Assembly (NCBI RefSeq): GCF_040938485.1
Contig: NW_027271795.1
Location: 372,001-436,000, forward strand
Direction: 5' to 3'
DNA: 64,000 nucleotides
From: Diadema antillarum
Lineage: Eukaryota
The position numbers were made by a program, and so were the translations under genes. Under the pieces are notes generated by a model. That model was given only the letters and a program-made list of their open reading frames with translations. It was not told where the DNA came from and searched no databases. Of the stretch, positions 55,301 through 64,000 are shown one piece after another (position 1 is the stretch's first letter; each line of letters starts with the position of its first letter).

Positions 55301-56766
55301 AACATCGCAAGAAGGAGCACCCTCACCCAGAATCCTGAAGACTTTTGCAAACTGAAGTCATTCAGCATTTGCATTACAGCATACAATAGTATTACTTAGT
55401 AAGAGCAGAATTGTCAAATTTCTCGGATTTGCTGGGAAACCCCCATGATAAAGATGGAAGAAAAACAAGCATTTTCTTGCTTCTATACAAATTAATGAAC
55501 CACAATTAAAATCTGATTGTTGTACTTTCATCAAAAAGATGTGTGAATAGATGTACTATAAAAAGTATAGGGCAGGTTTGCCCATTTTTGGTTGAATGTG
55601 TTGAGCTTGTGGTAGAATAGCTAACAAATCACTCGAAATTTTGGTGGTACAAATAGCTAAGATGCCTTTTATCTATTGAAGGGCCTTTCTAAGCTCTCAG
55701 AAGCCAGTATTACCTGCAAGACATGGCCTTGCAGCTCCCTGTTTTAAATTTGTTTGTCAGATCTCTCTTGGTCTGAGTTAACTTTTGGGTAGACCATGAA
55801 TCCATCCTTTGCAGACTGCTCTAGTTGTGCCCATATGAATAACATCGTCACTATTGCTATGAATTTGGGATGTCGAATAGTTTTTAAATTCGCGAAAATA
55901 TAAACCTCGTGAAATATTCGATGTATGCAGTATGTTGTACTTTCTCCCTCTGTCTCCAGTGTGAAGCCTGCTGTGTTTGATCTGTTTCTGGCTGGTGGTA
56001 TCGCTGGCTACCTGGGTCTCATATACCTCGCTGTCCAGGTTAGTTGAGAATCAAAGACTTACCATACACCTGTCCTTGCTTCCATGAATGGAAATATTGT
56101 TGGCTTATTAACCCTTCTCCTGCACTCAACCCAGACAACTGTAACTTGACTGCATGCTGAGTCATCCATTACTTCTGCACACAGGCAATAAAATGTAAAT
56201 ACTTTAAAATCGTATCTTTAGCAGGAATGAAGAAATCTGATTCTTCAACGAAGCTTGAAATGAAAACTTGGGAATGATTGACTGCATTGAATTGAAGTCA
56301 TTGAATTGTCTAACTCATCTGTGTAGCTTCATATCTCTCAAACCTGTAATTACGTTTGTAATTTCTCTCAATGTGTAATCAGTTTTGCAGGATATTATCT
56401 TTGCAATGTAAAATATTCATAACATTTTCCAGCATTTGGAATGCTTGTCATATATATTCTAGCTATGTAATAGGTAAGCTCGAACAAAGAGTTCATGCTC
56501 AGAGGAAATGTTTATTACAGGGATTTATATATTTTTTGGTTTTGTCAGTAGCAAAAAAAAAGAAGGAAAATAATAATAAATGATTAGGCAAAGGGGTTTT
56601 TTCTATCATTCACTTGGTGATGTCAGATGTCTTTTGTACTGAATTTCCACAATATCAAAATTTTCCTCAATGCATTGTTGTTATTGTTGTGCTTCCTTTC
56701 CAGAACTTCAGCTATCTGAAAGATACAGTGAGGAGCTACGTAGCAAGAAAACCCAAAATACACTAG
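43208..56766 (+). CDS. NCLN: Nicalin (BOS/NOMO complex subunit, inactive M28 peptidase fold), 14 exons, 557 aa
   Basis: join(43208..43373,47018..47208,47918..48062,48627..48721,49217..49300,50552..50655,51308..51396,52575..52699,53445..53635,53823..53946,54589..54752,55200..55253,55960..56038,56704..56766) = 1674 nt, open. Motifs [59 protein letters not shown] TM segment, C-terminal KPKIH (KxKxx ER retrieval). Confidence 0.96.
43534..44484. mobile_element. 951-bp fold-back (Kolobok-type, TTAA-flanked) element in NCLN intron 1
   Basis: TTAA|AGATAATATAAAG...CTTTATATCATCT|TTAA; arms 43534-44105 and 44146-44484 pair around a 40-nt spacer. Confidence 0.88.
43691..43786. mobile_element. 96-bp mini TIR element nested in the left arm of the fold-back
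   Basis: 14-bp TIR TAATGGTTTCGTAC/GTACGAAACCATTA; absent from the right arm. Confidence 0.7.
44745..45640 (+). mobile_element. Helentron-associated non-autonomous element (HINE/DINE-like)
   Basis: 5' TACCTCCGCCAA with its inverse TTGGCGGAGGT at ~45603, internal (CA)n, 3' decayed stem-loop GTGCTC-TCC-AAGTGC, then CTAG and a T-run. Confidence 0.7.
46178..46667. mobile_element. Degenerate TTAA/Kolobok-type palindromic MITE
   Basis: TTAA|AGGAGACC left end; internal inverted pair AACAAGGATGATGAC/GTCATCATCCTTGTT; right end decayed. Confidence 0.4.
47018..47208 (+). CDS. NCLN: NCLN exon 2
   Basis: 191 nt, CRNTLVNLEAR...GAGSLVILLP; donor |GTGAGT. Confidence 0.94.
47918..48062 (+). CDS. NCLN: NCLN exon 3
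   Basis: 145 nt, QWMELEALMLEGETVMPVYFAQED. Confidence 0.93.
48627..48721 (+). CDS. NCLN: NCLN exon 4
   Basis: 95 nt, LLSAVYANGFQMVISG...SFQ. Confidence 0.94.
48804..49014. mobile_element. hAT-like MITE, same family as 27053-27269
   Basis: Right end GTTTACAAGGTTGGCATCCCTG is the inverse of the 27053 left end (1 mismatch). Confidence 0.55.
49217..49300 (+). CDS. NCLN: NCLN exon 5
   Basis: GQLTGKGVEDQLPTLAVVAHYDAFGIAP; donor |GTAAGT. Confidence 0.94.
50552..50655 (+). CDS. NCLN: NCLN exon 6
   Basis: 104 nt, [27 protein letters not shown]...RTHA. Confidence 0.95.
51308..51396 (+). CDS. NCLN: NCLN exon 7
   Basis: 89 nt, [24 protein letters not shown]. Confidence 0.95.
51799..52180. mobile_element. 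382-bp TTAA/Kolobok-type MITE
   Basis: TTAA|AGGGATCGTATAG...CTGTACCATCCCT|TTAA; internal inverted arms. Confidence 0.78.
52575..52699 (+). CDS. NCLN: NCLN exon 8
   Basis: SSLLSDVSYVLCLDTIG...LYLHVSKPPKEGT. Confidence 0.93.
52860..53023. mobile_element. TA-flanked MITE (CTGTAAAACG family)
   Basis: TA|CTGTAAAACG...CGTTTTACA|TA. Confidence 0.65.
53445..53635 (+). CDS. NCLN: NCLN exon 9
   Basis: [36 protein letters not shown]...LPAGTLSHL. Confidence 0.94.
53823..53946 (+). CDS. NCLN: NCLN exon 10
   Basis: SKVDASKLARNVKILAEALATHVFGLN...FVDGY; donor |GTAAGT. Confidence 0.92.
54589..54752 (+). CDS. NCLN: NCLN exon 11
   Basis: 164 nt, WLNYLSSQPRSAQL...LKDVK...KADK. Confidence 0.94.
55200..55253 (+). 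CDS. NCLN: NCLN exon 12
   Basis: 54 nt, EPEYVFYDGLKFTMHAY. Confidence 0.93.
55866..55930. mobile_element. End fragment of a TACTGTA-type MITE
   Basis: Inverse of the 59608-59686 fragment (CGAATATTTC(G/A)CGAGGTTT). Confidence 0.5.
55960..56038 (+). CDS. NCLN: NCLN exon 13 (TM helix)
   Basis: 79 nt, [26 protein letters not shown]. Confidence 0.94.
56704..56766 (+). CDS. NCLN: NCLN exon 14 (terminal)
   Basis: NFSYLKDTVRSYVARKPKIH*. Confidence 0.92.
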   Translation, partial: NFSYLKDTVRSYVARKPKIH

Positions 56767-59467
56767 CACAACATCTGGTGGTCTTCAATGCCTTCTAGTC
56801 TTATCACAGTACAACTTTTTTCTTTTTTGTATCTTTTGAAGTTTTTCAGGAAAAAAAACAAATCAAATGAAATTGTGGAAATGAAATAGATATGACAGAT
56901 TGTTTGATATGCTTTGTCTTTGTGTATGTATACATACATGACTTTGATGTATCCATGCAATGTATGTGTGTCAATGTAGAGTAGGTACATGTACTTCCAC
57001 CTATGTCTGGGGTATGTGTCAGGACTAGATAGAAAGGTTTATTAGATATTTAGAATGAGTATACAGGAATTGTCGAAGGTGTCTGTGTGGACGGCGGGGA
57101 AGCACCAGTAGCTATGAAGCGATGGTCGGAAAGGGAATAAGCTGTTACCTATCAACTAGGTTAACGAGTTTCCGAGCACCAGACCGAAGCAGGTGTATCC
57201 CCGTGGACCGCGAGCCCAAGTGAATAATTGATGTGTGCAATTTGTCTACCCGAGCACCAGACATTGTGAATTAATACTACATGTAAGTGGAAGGAAGGAG
57301 GTGCTTGCAGAGGCAAAAACATTGTGACATTACGTCTGGCATCGTCTACCTTCTCCCCAGGGGGCAAGAGTAGGGGGGGGGGGGGGGTAAAGGTTGGAGG
57401 TGGGGGAGGGAAATGTTGATGAGTACAGAGCTCTTTACGCTACTTAGGGTTGCATGCCTTCAAAAATGACACCCCGTGTTGATGGATACTAAACCTCTGC
57501 CCTTCACGTGGACTCAGCATGTCCACAGAACCGATCCAACTTACCCCCTCCCCCCACCCCTTTCTCCCTCTGGATGTTGCTGATAAGCTTCAATGTCTCA
57601 GAATGGCCCATTGTATAATTTTGTAATACCTGGTGATGCACACACACAAATAATACTGATAATTTTGTGTACAAGTATAGCAAACTTGTGCATTAATCAT
57701 GTCCAAGCTGCATTTACCACATGAATTTTGAAATCATGGGAAACCAGGCACACCATGGAATTGGATGTGCAAAAATGTGTTAAACAGGCATGTCCTACAT
57801 GAACTGTATGCTCTGAATGATTCAATGTTTCTGAAATTGTCTGTGTGATATCGTTACGATGCATGCATGCATTATACAGTGTGCATCAAAAAGTTGATAT
57901 TGCTCAGTCATGCATTACATTTGTCAACACAATCGGGTACCGATGGAAAGAAGAAGAGTTCCCCTTTCCTTACAACCCACACTGTGCTCTCTGTAGTTGA
58001 CAATTTTGAAACAGTAGCCCTCTAAAGTTGGATTACCTTTTTGATACCGTACAACTGAAAACCTGTAGGTCAGTGATGACTGGGTACCTCTTCTTTCAAG
58101 GAGCTGCTACTCACTTGTTAATCTGTTCCATACGGGAAGCTGGTGGCTTGTGTATTAAGTCTATGGGGATTTCGGAATTCAGTAAGGAAGGGGTTAAGCC
58201 AGATGCTGAACAGAAAGTGTCATAGCTGGTATTGAATCTTCAAAACCACTGCCAACGTCTTCATGGTCTTGTAGATGTATATGTAGATTTTTTTCTCTTT
58301 CTCTGTCTATTTTGCATTTTCTGTGTAATACTTTCATCATAACCTTTCTTTTTCCCTCTGTGCTATGGGATCATCTAACCAGTGGGGTCAGGCTTAGATT
58401 TGTTTAGATGGTTTCACACTTTCCATTACTTTTGGTCTTCCCCATTCTGATTCCATGCGTGTCGGCCTCTTCCAGCCTGAAAATCTACATGTAAACCCTT
58501 TACCTATCTAGTTTAAAAACTGGATTTTTTTTTTTTTTAAGTCACAGTATGCAGTAATCAGTATGTGTTATGCATTTTTTGCTTTTATTGGTGCACCAAG
58601 AGAAGCCCCTGTATTTGCTGAGACTGTGACCGTGCACAGATATGATCATGTTTCTTTGCGTTGTGTACCTGCCCTCATCCCTCTGCTGTCCACTAAAGAG
58701 TCAAATTGGGAGTTCCTGGTTATCGCAGGGTTCGTTACGTGGATGGTTGTGGACATCTAAACATTGTCTCATCTGCGTTTACTGTTATGATATTTTTTAC
58801 TGGATACCTTAGTACTCTGTCTTTGTTTTGTATTGGTTCACAGATGTGAGTGCAGTTCTCTAAGGAGACTGCTGTGCTGTAATGCTTTCATTAAGAGTTA
58901 AAAAAGAGGAGCTTTCAGAGTTTGGGAGAAAATTGATTGTTATTTATGTGATAAAACAAAAGATAAGAATGATATCAGTCAATGATTTGGTGCAGTATTA
59001 TTATTATGAAAAGTAATCATCAGCATTCTCTGTGATATCTTGTTTTGCATTATTTATGAAAAACAAAAGGACACTCCTTCATTTAGATGTATTACAGTAC
59101 CATAATTATGCCTCTGATGCCAAACTGGTAACCGGTATATTGTGTATGGGCATGGGGGTTTACTCAGCCTGGTCGTAAATAGTACATGTAGTTTGATTAT
59201 ACATGGGCCTGCATTGAGATCAGAAGTTGGGCTGGATGTTGTCTACTACAGTAGGAGTAACAATGGAATCATTCTAACATTCTAGTGGTATATGCAAGGG
59301 TTGATAGAGGTCAATGACTGTCTAGAGAAGGGAGGTAGGTATGGATAAAGGTTAGTGACTAACTGGAGGTTGGGAGATAGATGATAATTATGGTCATCAT
59401 AGGGGAATGGAAGAGGGTACTAATAGATTTGGGTATCATTACACAACACTATGTACTCGAGTATGCT

Positions 59468-59547
59468 TATTTGATATAAGCAAATCAAGGGAATTGTCAT
59501 TTTCCCATATTTGATATAAGCAAATCAAGGGAATTGTCATTTTCCCA
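59468..59547 (+). repeat. Perfect 40-bp tandem duplication
   Basis: TATTTGATATAAGCAAATCAAGGGAATTGTCATTTTCCCA x2. Confidence 0.95.
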
Positions 59548-59607
59548 GCGGCTGTACTGTGTTTGCATATTCAGATGTGTGTGAAGTGTTGATGCCAGTA
59601 CAAACTA

Positions 59608-59686
59608 CTGTATATGTCGAATATTTCGCGAGGTTTTTATTTTTGCGAATTTCGCGAGTCAGCTGCTATTCGCGAAATTAAAAACA
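59608..59686. mobile_element. End fragment of a TACTGTA-type MITE
   Basis: TA|CTGTATATGTCGAATATTTCGCGAGG... Confidence 0.5.
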
Positions 59687-61153
59687 CATTGGTCATTGGA
59701 TTGTTCTAGAAGTCTGCCTTGCCCTCTCCATGCTTACCAGCCTTGTCAACAAGTCTGCTTCATTTGACTACAAAAGTCTGTATGTCAAAGGGGCAACGTT
59801 GATAAGGGTCATGACACCACATAAAATTATGGTGTTAACTTTCATGTCATATCAATTGCCTTAAGTCTATGGGTATTTATCTCGAAGATCTCTAGCAAGA
59901 GTAAACCTGTTGGGACAAGTCCTCCTAGTTAGCAGCATCAAACCGTATTTGGCTCAAGTGTAGCAATTGTCGGGTCTTATCCCATTCGCCCACAAGTTGG
60001 TAGAATAAGGAGGGGAGGCCGTAGTCTTGGAATATCCGTGGGAAATTCCTTGAATACTGGCATCATCTCCTAGATGGCTTTATTAATCTGAAGTTGACTA
60101 GGTTTTGCCAAATTTGTAGACTTTAAGGCAAAGTTGTCATATGTTGATGCTCATGGCTGGGCATTGAGTTTTGATGCTGGCATCATATATGTCATGATAA
60201 AATACCTGTCTAATGAGGCTATTCTGTAGAGCTACACAAACTGCTGATTGTGTATCATCGGCAGTACACGCAGACCTGTACTCCTGAAGTCAGTAAACGT
60301 CATTGTTTTCTATGTTTTCCCTGTGGAGGTTTGGTTGTTTGGAATTCATGGAATGGCTATCACATTACTTTTCCAGCAAATACGACAATCGTTTATATAC
60401 ATTTGACCCTTTAACGAGGGCTATGGTTTGATGTGCGATTGGATGTAAAGACATACTTTTAAATAGTTGGTGCCAGAACTCGATAATGAGGAGCAGTTAA
60501 GATGCAAGAATGCCCATAAAGAAGGGAAAATAATGAACTGACCTGTAACTGTGGTGTTCACGAAGAATGAGCAATTGCAATTTACCATGACTCATGCTTC
60601 TAAGGCAGCAACTGTCCAAGAAATATCAGCTTTGTGCATCTGACCTGTGGTTTGATAAATTCAAGTATGAATGGAAAGTTACATGAATGACAGTATCTCC
60701 TTTGAGCCAAGGCCCATCAAAAATCATACCAAGCAGTTGTATGGAAAAACATTCTTTTCACAGCATGTCATGACCTGGTAGAAATCAACCATAAGAAGTT
60801 TGTTTTTAGCAAAAATTTATCAAAAATTGCTAACTATGATTGCCACAAAAGGACTAACGAAAGTCAGAAGGTTGGACGCAGTTGGTGCCGATAAGTTACC
60901 GAGGCATGTGACATGGTACCTAGCTGATGGATTGGATACCATGTATTCATTTCATTTTTTTTTGGGGGGGGGGGGGGGGATGGGGGGCAGAGGGAGAAAT
61001 GTTGTACATTGTGTCAATGTGTGCCATTCGTCCACGTGTGAAAAGCAATATTGTAATTGAAATGGTTGATTAATAAATTTGAGTACAATTTTGTGTTGAT
61101 TTTTGGATTGATGCAACATGTCTCATTTTGTTAAATGCGTTTTTGATTCCTAT

Positions 61154-61154
<1 letters not shown>

Positions 61155-61187
<33 letters not shown>

Positions 61188-61199
61188 ACACACACACAC
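61155..61199. repeat. (CA)n microsatellite
   Basis: Direct inspection. Confidence 0.95.
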
Positions 61200-61465
61200 G
61201 CGAACGCACGCACGAACGCTCACACTCTCCTCTCGCATCCCCCTTGTGTTTCTTTTGTCAAGGCCAGAGTTTGAGAGCAGTCCATCTTTTAGTAATCAAA
61301 AAGGTATTTCATCTAATGGATCTTCCGTGAATAATTATATATGCTCGATCGTGCCTCTGTATAGTTGAAATTTGTATGGGAAGAGGGGATCAATAATTTC
61401 TGTTCTGACGTTGAACCCTGTTAACGCCCAGTGAGATGTATTGAAACTGCGCAGAAAATTGTTAA

Positions 61466-62020
61466 AGGACAAGTTCACCTTCATAGACATGTAGGTTGAG
61501 TGAATGCAGCAATATTAGTAGAACACATCAGTGAGAGTTTGAGGAAAATCGGACAATCTGTTCAAAAGTTATGAATTTTTGAAGTTTCTGCTCACTCAAG
61601 GCTGGATGAGAAGACTACTATAGCTTGTGATGTCACATGTGTATAACGATATAAAGAAAGAATAAAAAAGATTCAACATATTTTCACTTTTCTCGCATAA
61701 CAAAAGAACACTTGACATCTCTCTCTCAGAAGGCAGTGGAATAATATTACCCTTAACATGTGTCAGCAACAAGTCGAAGAAATGTGCACTTTATTCAAAA
61801 AGTGAGGTTTTGTGAAATTCTCTTTTTATTTTCTTTATATCGTACGCATATGACATCATACACTGTAGTAGTCTTCTCATCCAGCAGTGACTGCGCAGAT
61901 ACTTTAAAAATTCATAACTTTCGAACGGATTGTCTGATTTCCCCCAAACTTTCACTGATGTGTTTTACTAATATTGTTGCATTCACACAATCCACATGTA
62001 TATGAAGGTGAACTTGTCCT
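61466..62020. mobile_element. 555-bp TTAA/Kolobok-type MITE
   Basis: TTAA|AGGACAAGTTCACCTTCATA...TATGAAGGTGAACTTGTCCT|TTAA with long imperfect arms. Confidence 0.88.
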
Positions 62021-62117
62021 TTAATGATTGCATGAAGATACCGATGTTTGTATGTTGGCTGGAAGAGGAAGAGGCAAGATGCATTATCGAGATGTGAATA
62101 TTATGTCAGTTAGTGCG

Positions 62118-62119
62118 TT

Positions 62120-62174
<55 letters not shown>

Positions 62175-62202
62175 CAGTGTGTGTCAGTGTGTGATGTGTG
62201 TG
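62118..62202. repeat. (TG)n microsatellite
   Basis: Direct inspection. Confidence 0.92.
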
Positions 62203-62453
62203 TTTGCGTTCTAGCAATGAGATGTCTAGTCGGGTTTCATTAGTGTGGTTTTAGTTAGTGCAAGTTAAAAAAACTCATATTATTTTGTGTGTGCGTGCAT
62301 GCGCCTGTGTGTGTGCGCGTGTTTTATATCCAAGTGGAATATTATTTGTATGACATTGTATATATACATTTGTGACAATTTTTTTTAATCTCTTAATTAA
62401 TCAATGTTTGCATGTTTTTTAGTAAGTTGTATTTGAAATGTATAGTTATGCTT

Positions 62454-62760
62454 TCATGTTATCTCACATTCAAGTGGAATAAGATAAATTCTTACGCGCT
62501 TCGTGTTTAAATGTTTAGGTCTTGTGTTTGGTATATTTGTATATGCACAAGTAGATATCCAACACACCCTTTGATAGTACTCTCGATGATAAGATGGTAA
62601 AAAAGACACAACTGTACATTGGTAGCGATGCTTTCGGTTGCCTCCAGACGCCAGCATCCTGGCTGATGCAACCGTGAGATAGTCTGGTAGCAAGACATGA
62701 TCGTGAGCAACATATCTTTAATCCTTTTTACCATAGCCTCACGTACAGTTGTCTGCAAAA
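62454..62760 (-). mobile_element. Possible heavily decayed LINE RT C-terminus
   Basis: Weak resemblance only (RIK..LLTI...LCLF; RPKHLNTKRVRIYLIP) across frames. Confidence 0.25.
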
Positions 62761-62944
62761 TTACTTATACCCCCGATTTTGTTTTCTTCAATTATGCATT
62801 TTTTCCAATTATGCCAATTTTTGATAAACTGATAAAATGACTGATTTATTGTGGCACTCGGGCATTGGTTTGATACCTTACATTGTCATATTAAAAATCA
62901 TTACATTTCCAATTTCATCTCATTTGCCTAACAAAAGAAATGAA

Positions 62945-64000
62945 TTTTTTATTTTATTTTATTTATTGTCTTCTTTATAAAAGCAGGGTAGTCCCATTCA
63001 AGCCGCAAGGCCTGCTTTCCAAGGGAGCCCTGCTGTAACAAATCACATTTATGATACAATAAAATATATACATAATAATATACAAACACACACAATGATA
63101 CATTTCATCAAAGTGGAGAGCCTTCATAGCGAGAGAGAGAGAGAGAGGGGGGGGGGGATGGAGAGAAAGAGATGGCGAGAAAGAAAGGTGACAGGAAGAA
63201 TACATGTGTACAAATTTCAAAGAAATGAGAAATTAACTACTGCTGGTAACCACCTGGATGTTGCGGACATTGCGTTGAAAAAGGGGCAGTGAGGCGGAGG
63301 ATTTTGGTGACAAACACGGGTAGAGAGTTAAATAGCTTCGTTGCTGTGTATGAAAAAGACTGCTTTTTATACTCGGTCTTGGGTTTAGCTAGATAGAGTT
63401 GGTGCATGGAGACTGATCTCGTAGAGTATGGATTAGTTCGCTGAGGTAAAACTCGTCTTAGATATTCGGGAGCAAGGCCATTCAAAATCTTGTACATAGA
63501 TACATTCTAATTATATTTCAGTCTATGTTTACCAGATTGTAGTTTCAAAGAATCTAACATAATTTGAACAGGGGTATAATAAGGTGCATCTAACACTAAG
63601 CGACAATATTTGTTTTGACACCTCTGTAGCCTCATTAAGTTTTTCTTCGACAGTGAGCCCCACACAGTTGAACAATAATCAATATAAGGAAGTATCAAAG
63701 TGAAATATAAATGAAGGAGTACTGGATTCGTCGGGCAGTGCTTAATCCTTCGCATACATATAAGAGAGTTCATAATTTTCTGAACAATTAAGATCTGAAA
63801 AGATCAATCTAGATTCTGATTTACAATAACGTCTAAATACTTAAATTTGGTTACATTTTCTAACAATTTGTCTTCCATTCTAATCTGTAATTTAACTGGA
63901 TTTTTCTTCCTTCTACGAGAAATTAATATATCTTTAGTTTTATCGTATTAACAACTAATCCATTTTCATTCAACCATTTACATAAAACATTTATATCATT
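62945..64000 (-). mobile_element. Decayed L2/CR1-group LINE: RT C-terminus, 3'UTR and A-rich tail; runs off the right edge
   Basis: WLNENGLVVN..KTKDILI, KFKYLDVI, LYFTLILPYIDYCSTVWG, RLQRCQNKYCRLVL, MYKILNGLAPEYL, SFSYTATKLFNSLP; stops and frameshifts; tail CAGGGCTCCCTTGGAAAGCAG...GAATGGGACTACCCTG. Confidence 0.9.

Noticed and set aside
59690-60330. Less AT-rich stretch that might be decayed coding sequence
   Set aside because: Stops in the frames I read and no motif I can name; tBLASTx would be needed.

Overview
Eukaryotic, intron-rich, AT-rich DNA. The repeat types and the vertebrate-like intron positions suggest a marine invertebrate deuterostome (sea-urchin-like); this is inference only. 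Four protein-coding genes were read by hand from splice sites and recalled homology. (1) RasGRF1/2-like: first coding exon, PH domain (minus, 15043-15306); the rest of the gene lies left of the window. (2) Neugrin/NGRN (plus, 2 coding exons, 22305-24527, 398 aa). (3) PGGT1B, geranylgeranyltransferase-I beta (minus, 8 exons, 33261-39548, 368 aa, one GC-AG intron). (4) Nicalin/NCLN (plus, 14 exons, 43208-56766, 557 aa). The arrangement is RasGRF<- NGRN-> <-PGGT1B NCLN->. Non-coding DNA carries many non-autonomous DNA transposons (TA, TTAA, CTG and ATT target duplications), a Helentron-type element, SINE fragments, two decayed LINE ends, microsatellites and a 139-N gap. No rRNA, intact tRNA, CRISPR array or intact transposase was seen. 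I found no convincing novel biological system. The best leads are a possible hidden antisense micro-exon transcript in the RasGRF intron, an upstream NGRN exon that could remove the mitochondrial presequence, a duplicated NCLN splice donor that would cause a premature stop, a ~950-bp fold-back in NCLN intron 1, twin MITEs with asymmetric CpG decay, and strong TACATGTA enrichment. Comparisons to human genes are from memory and need checking.
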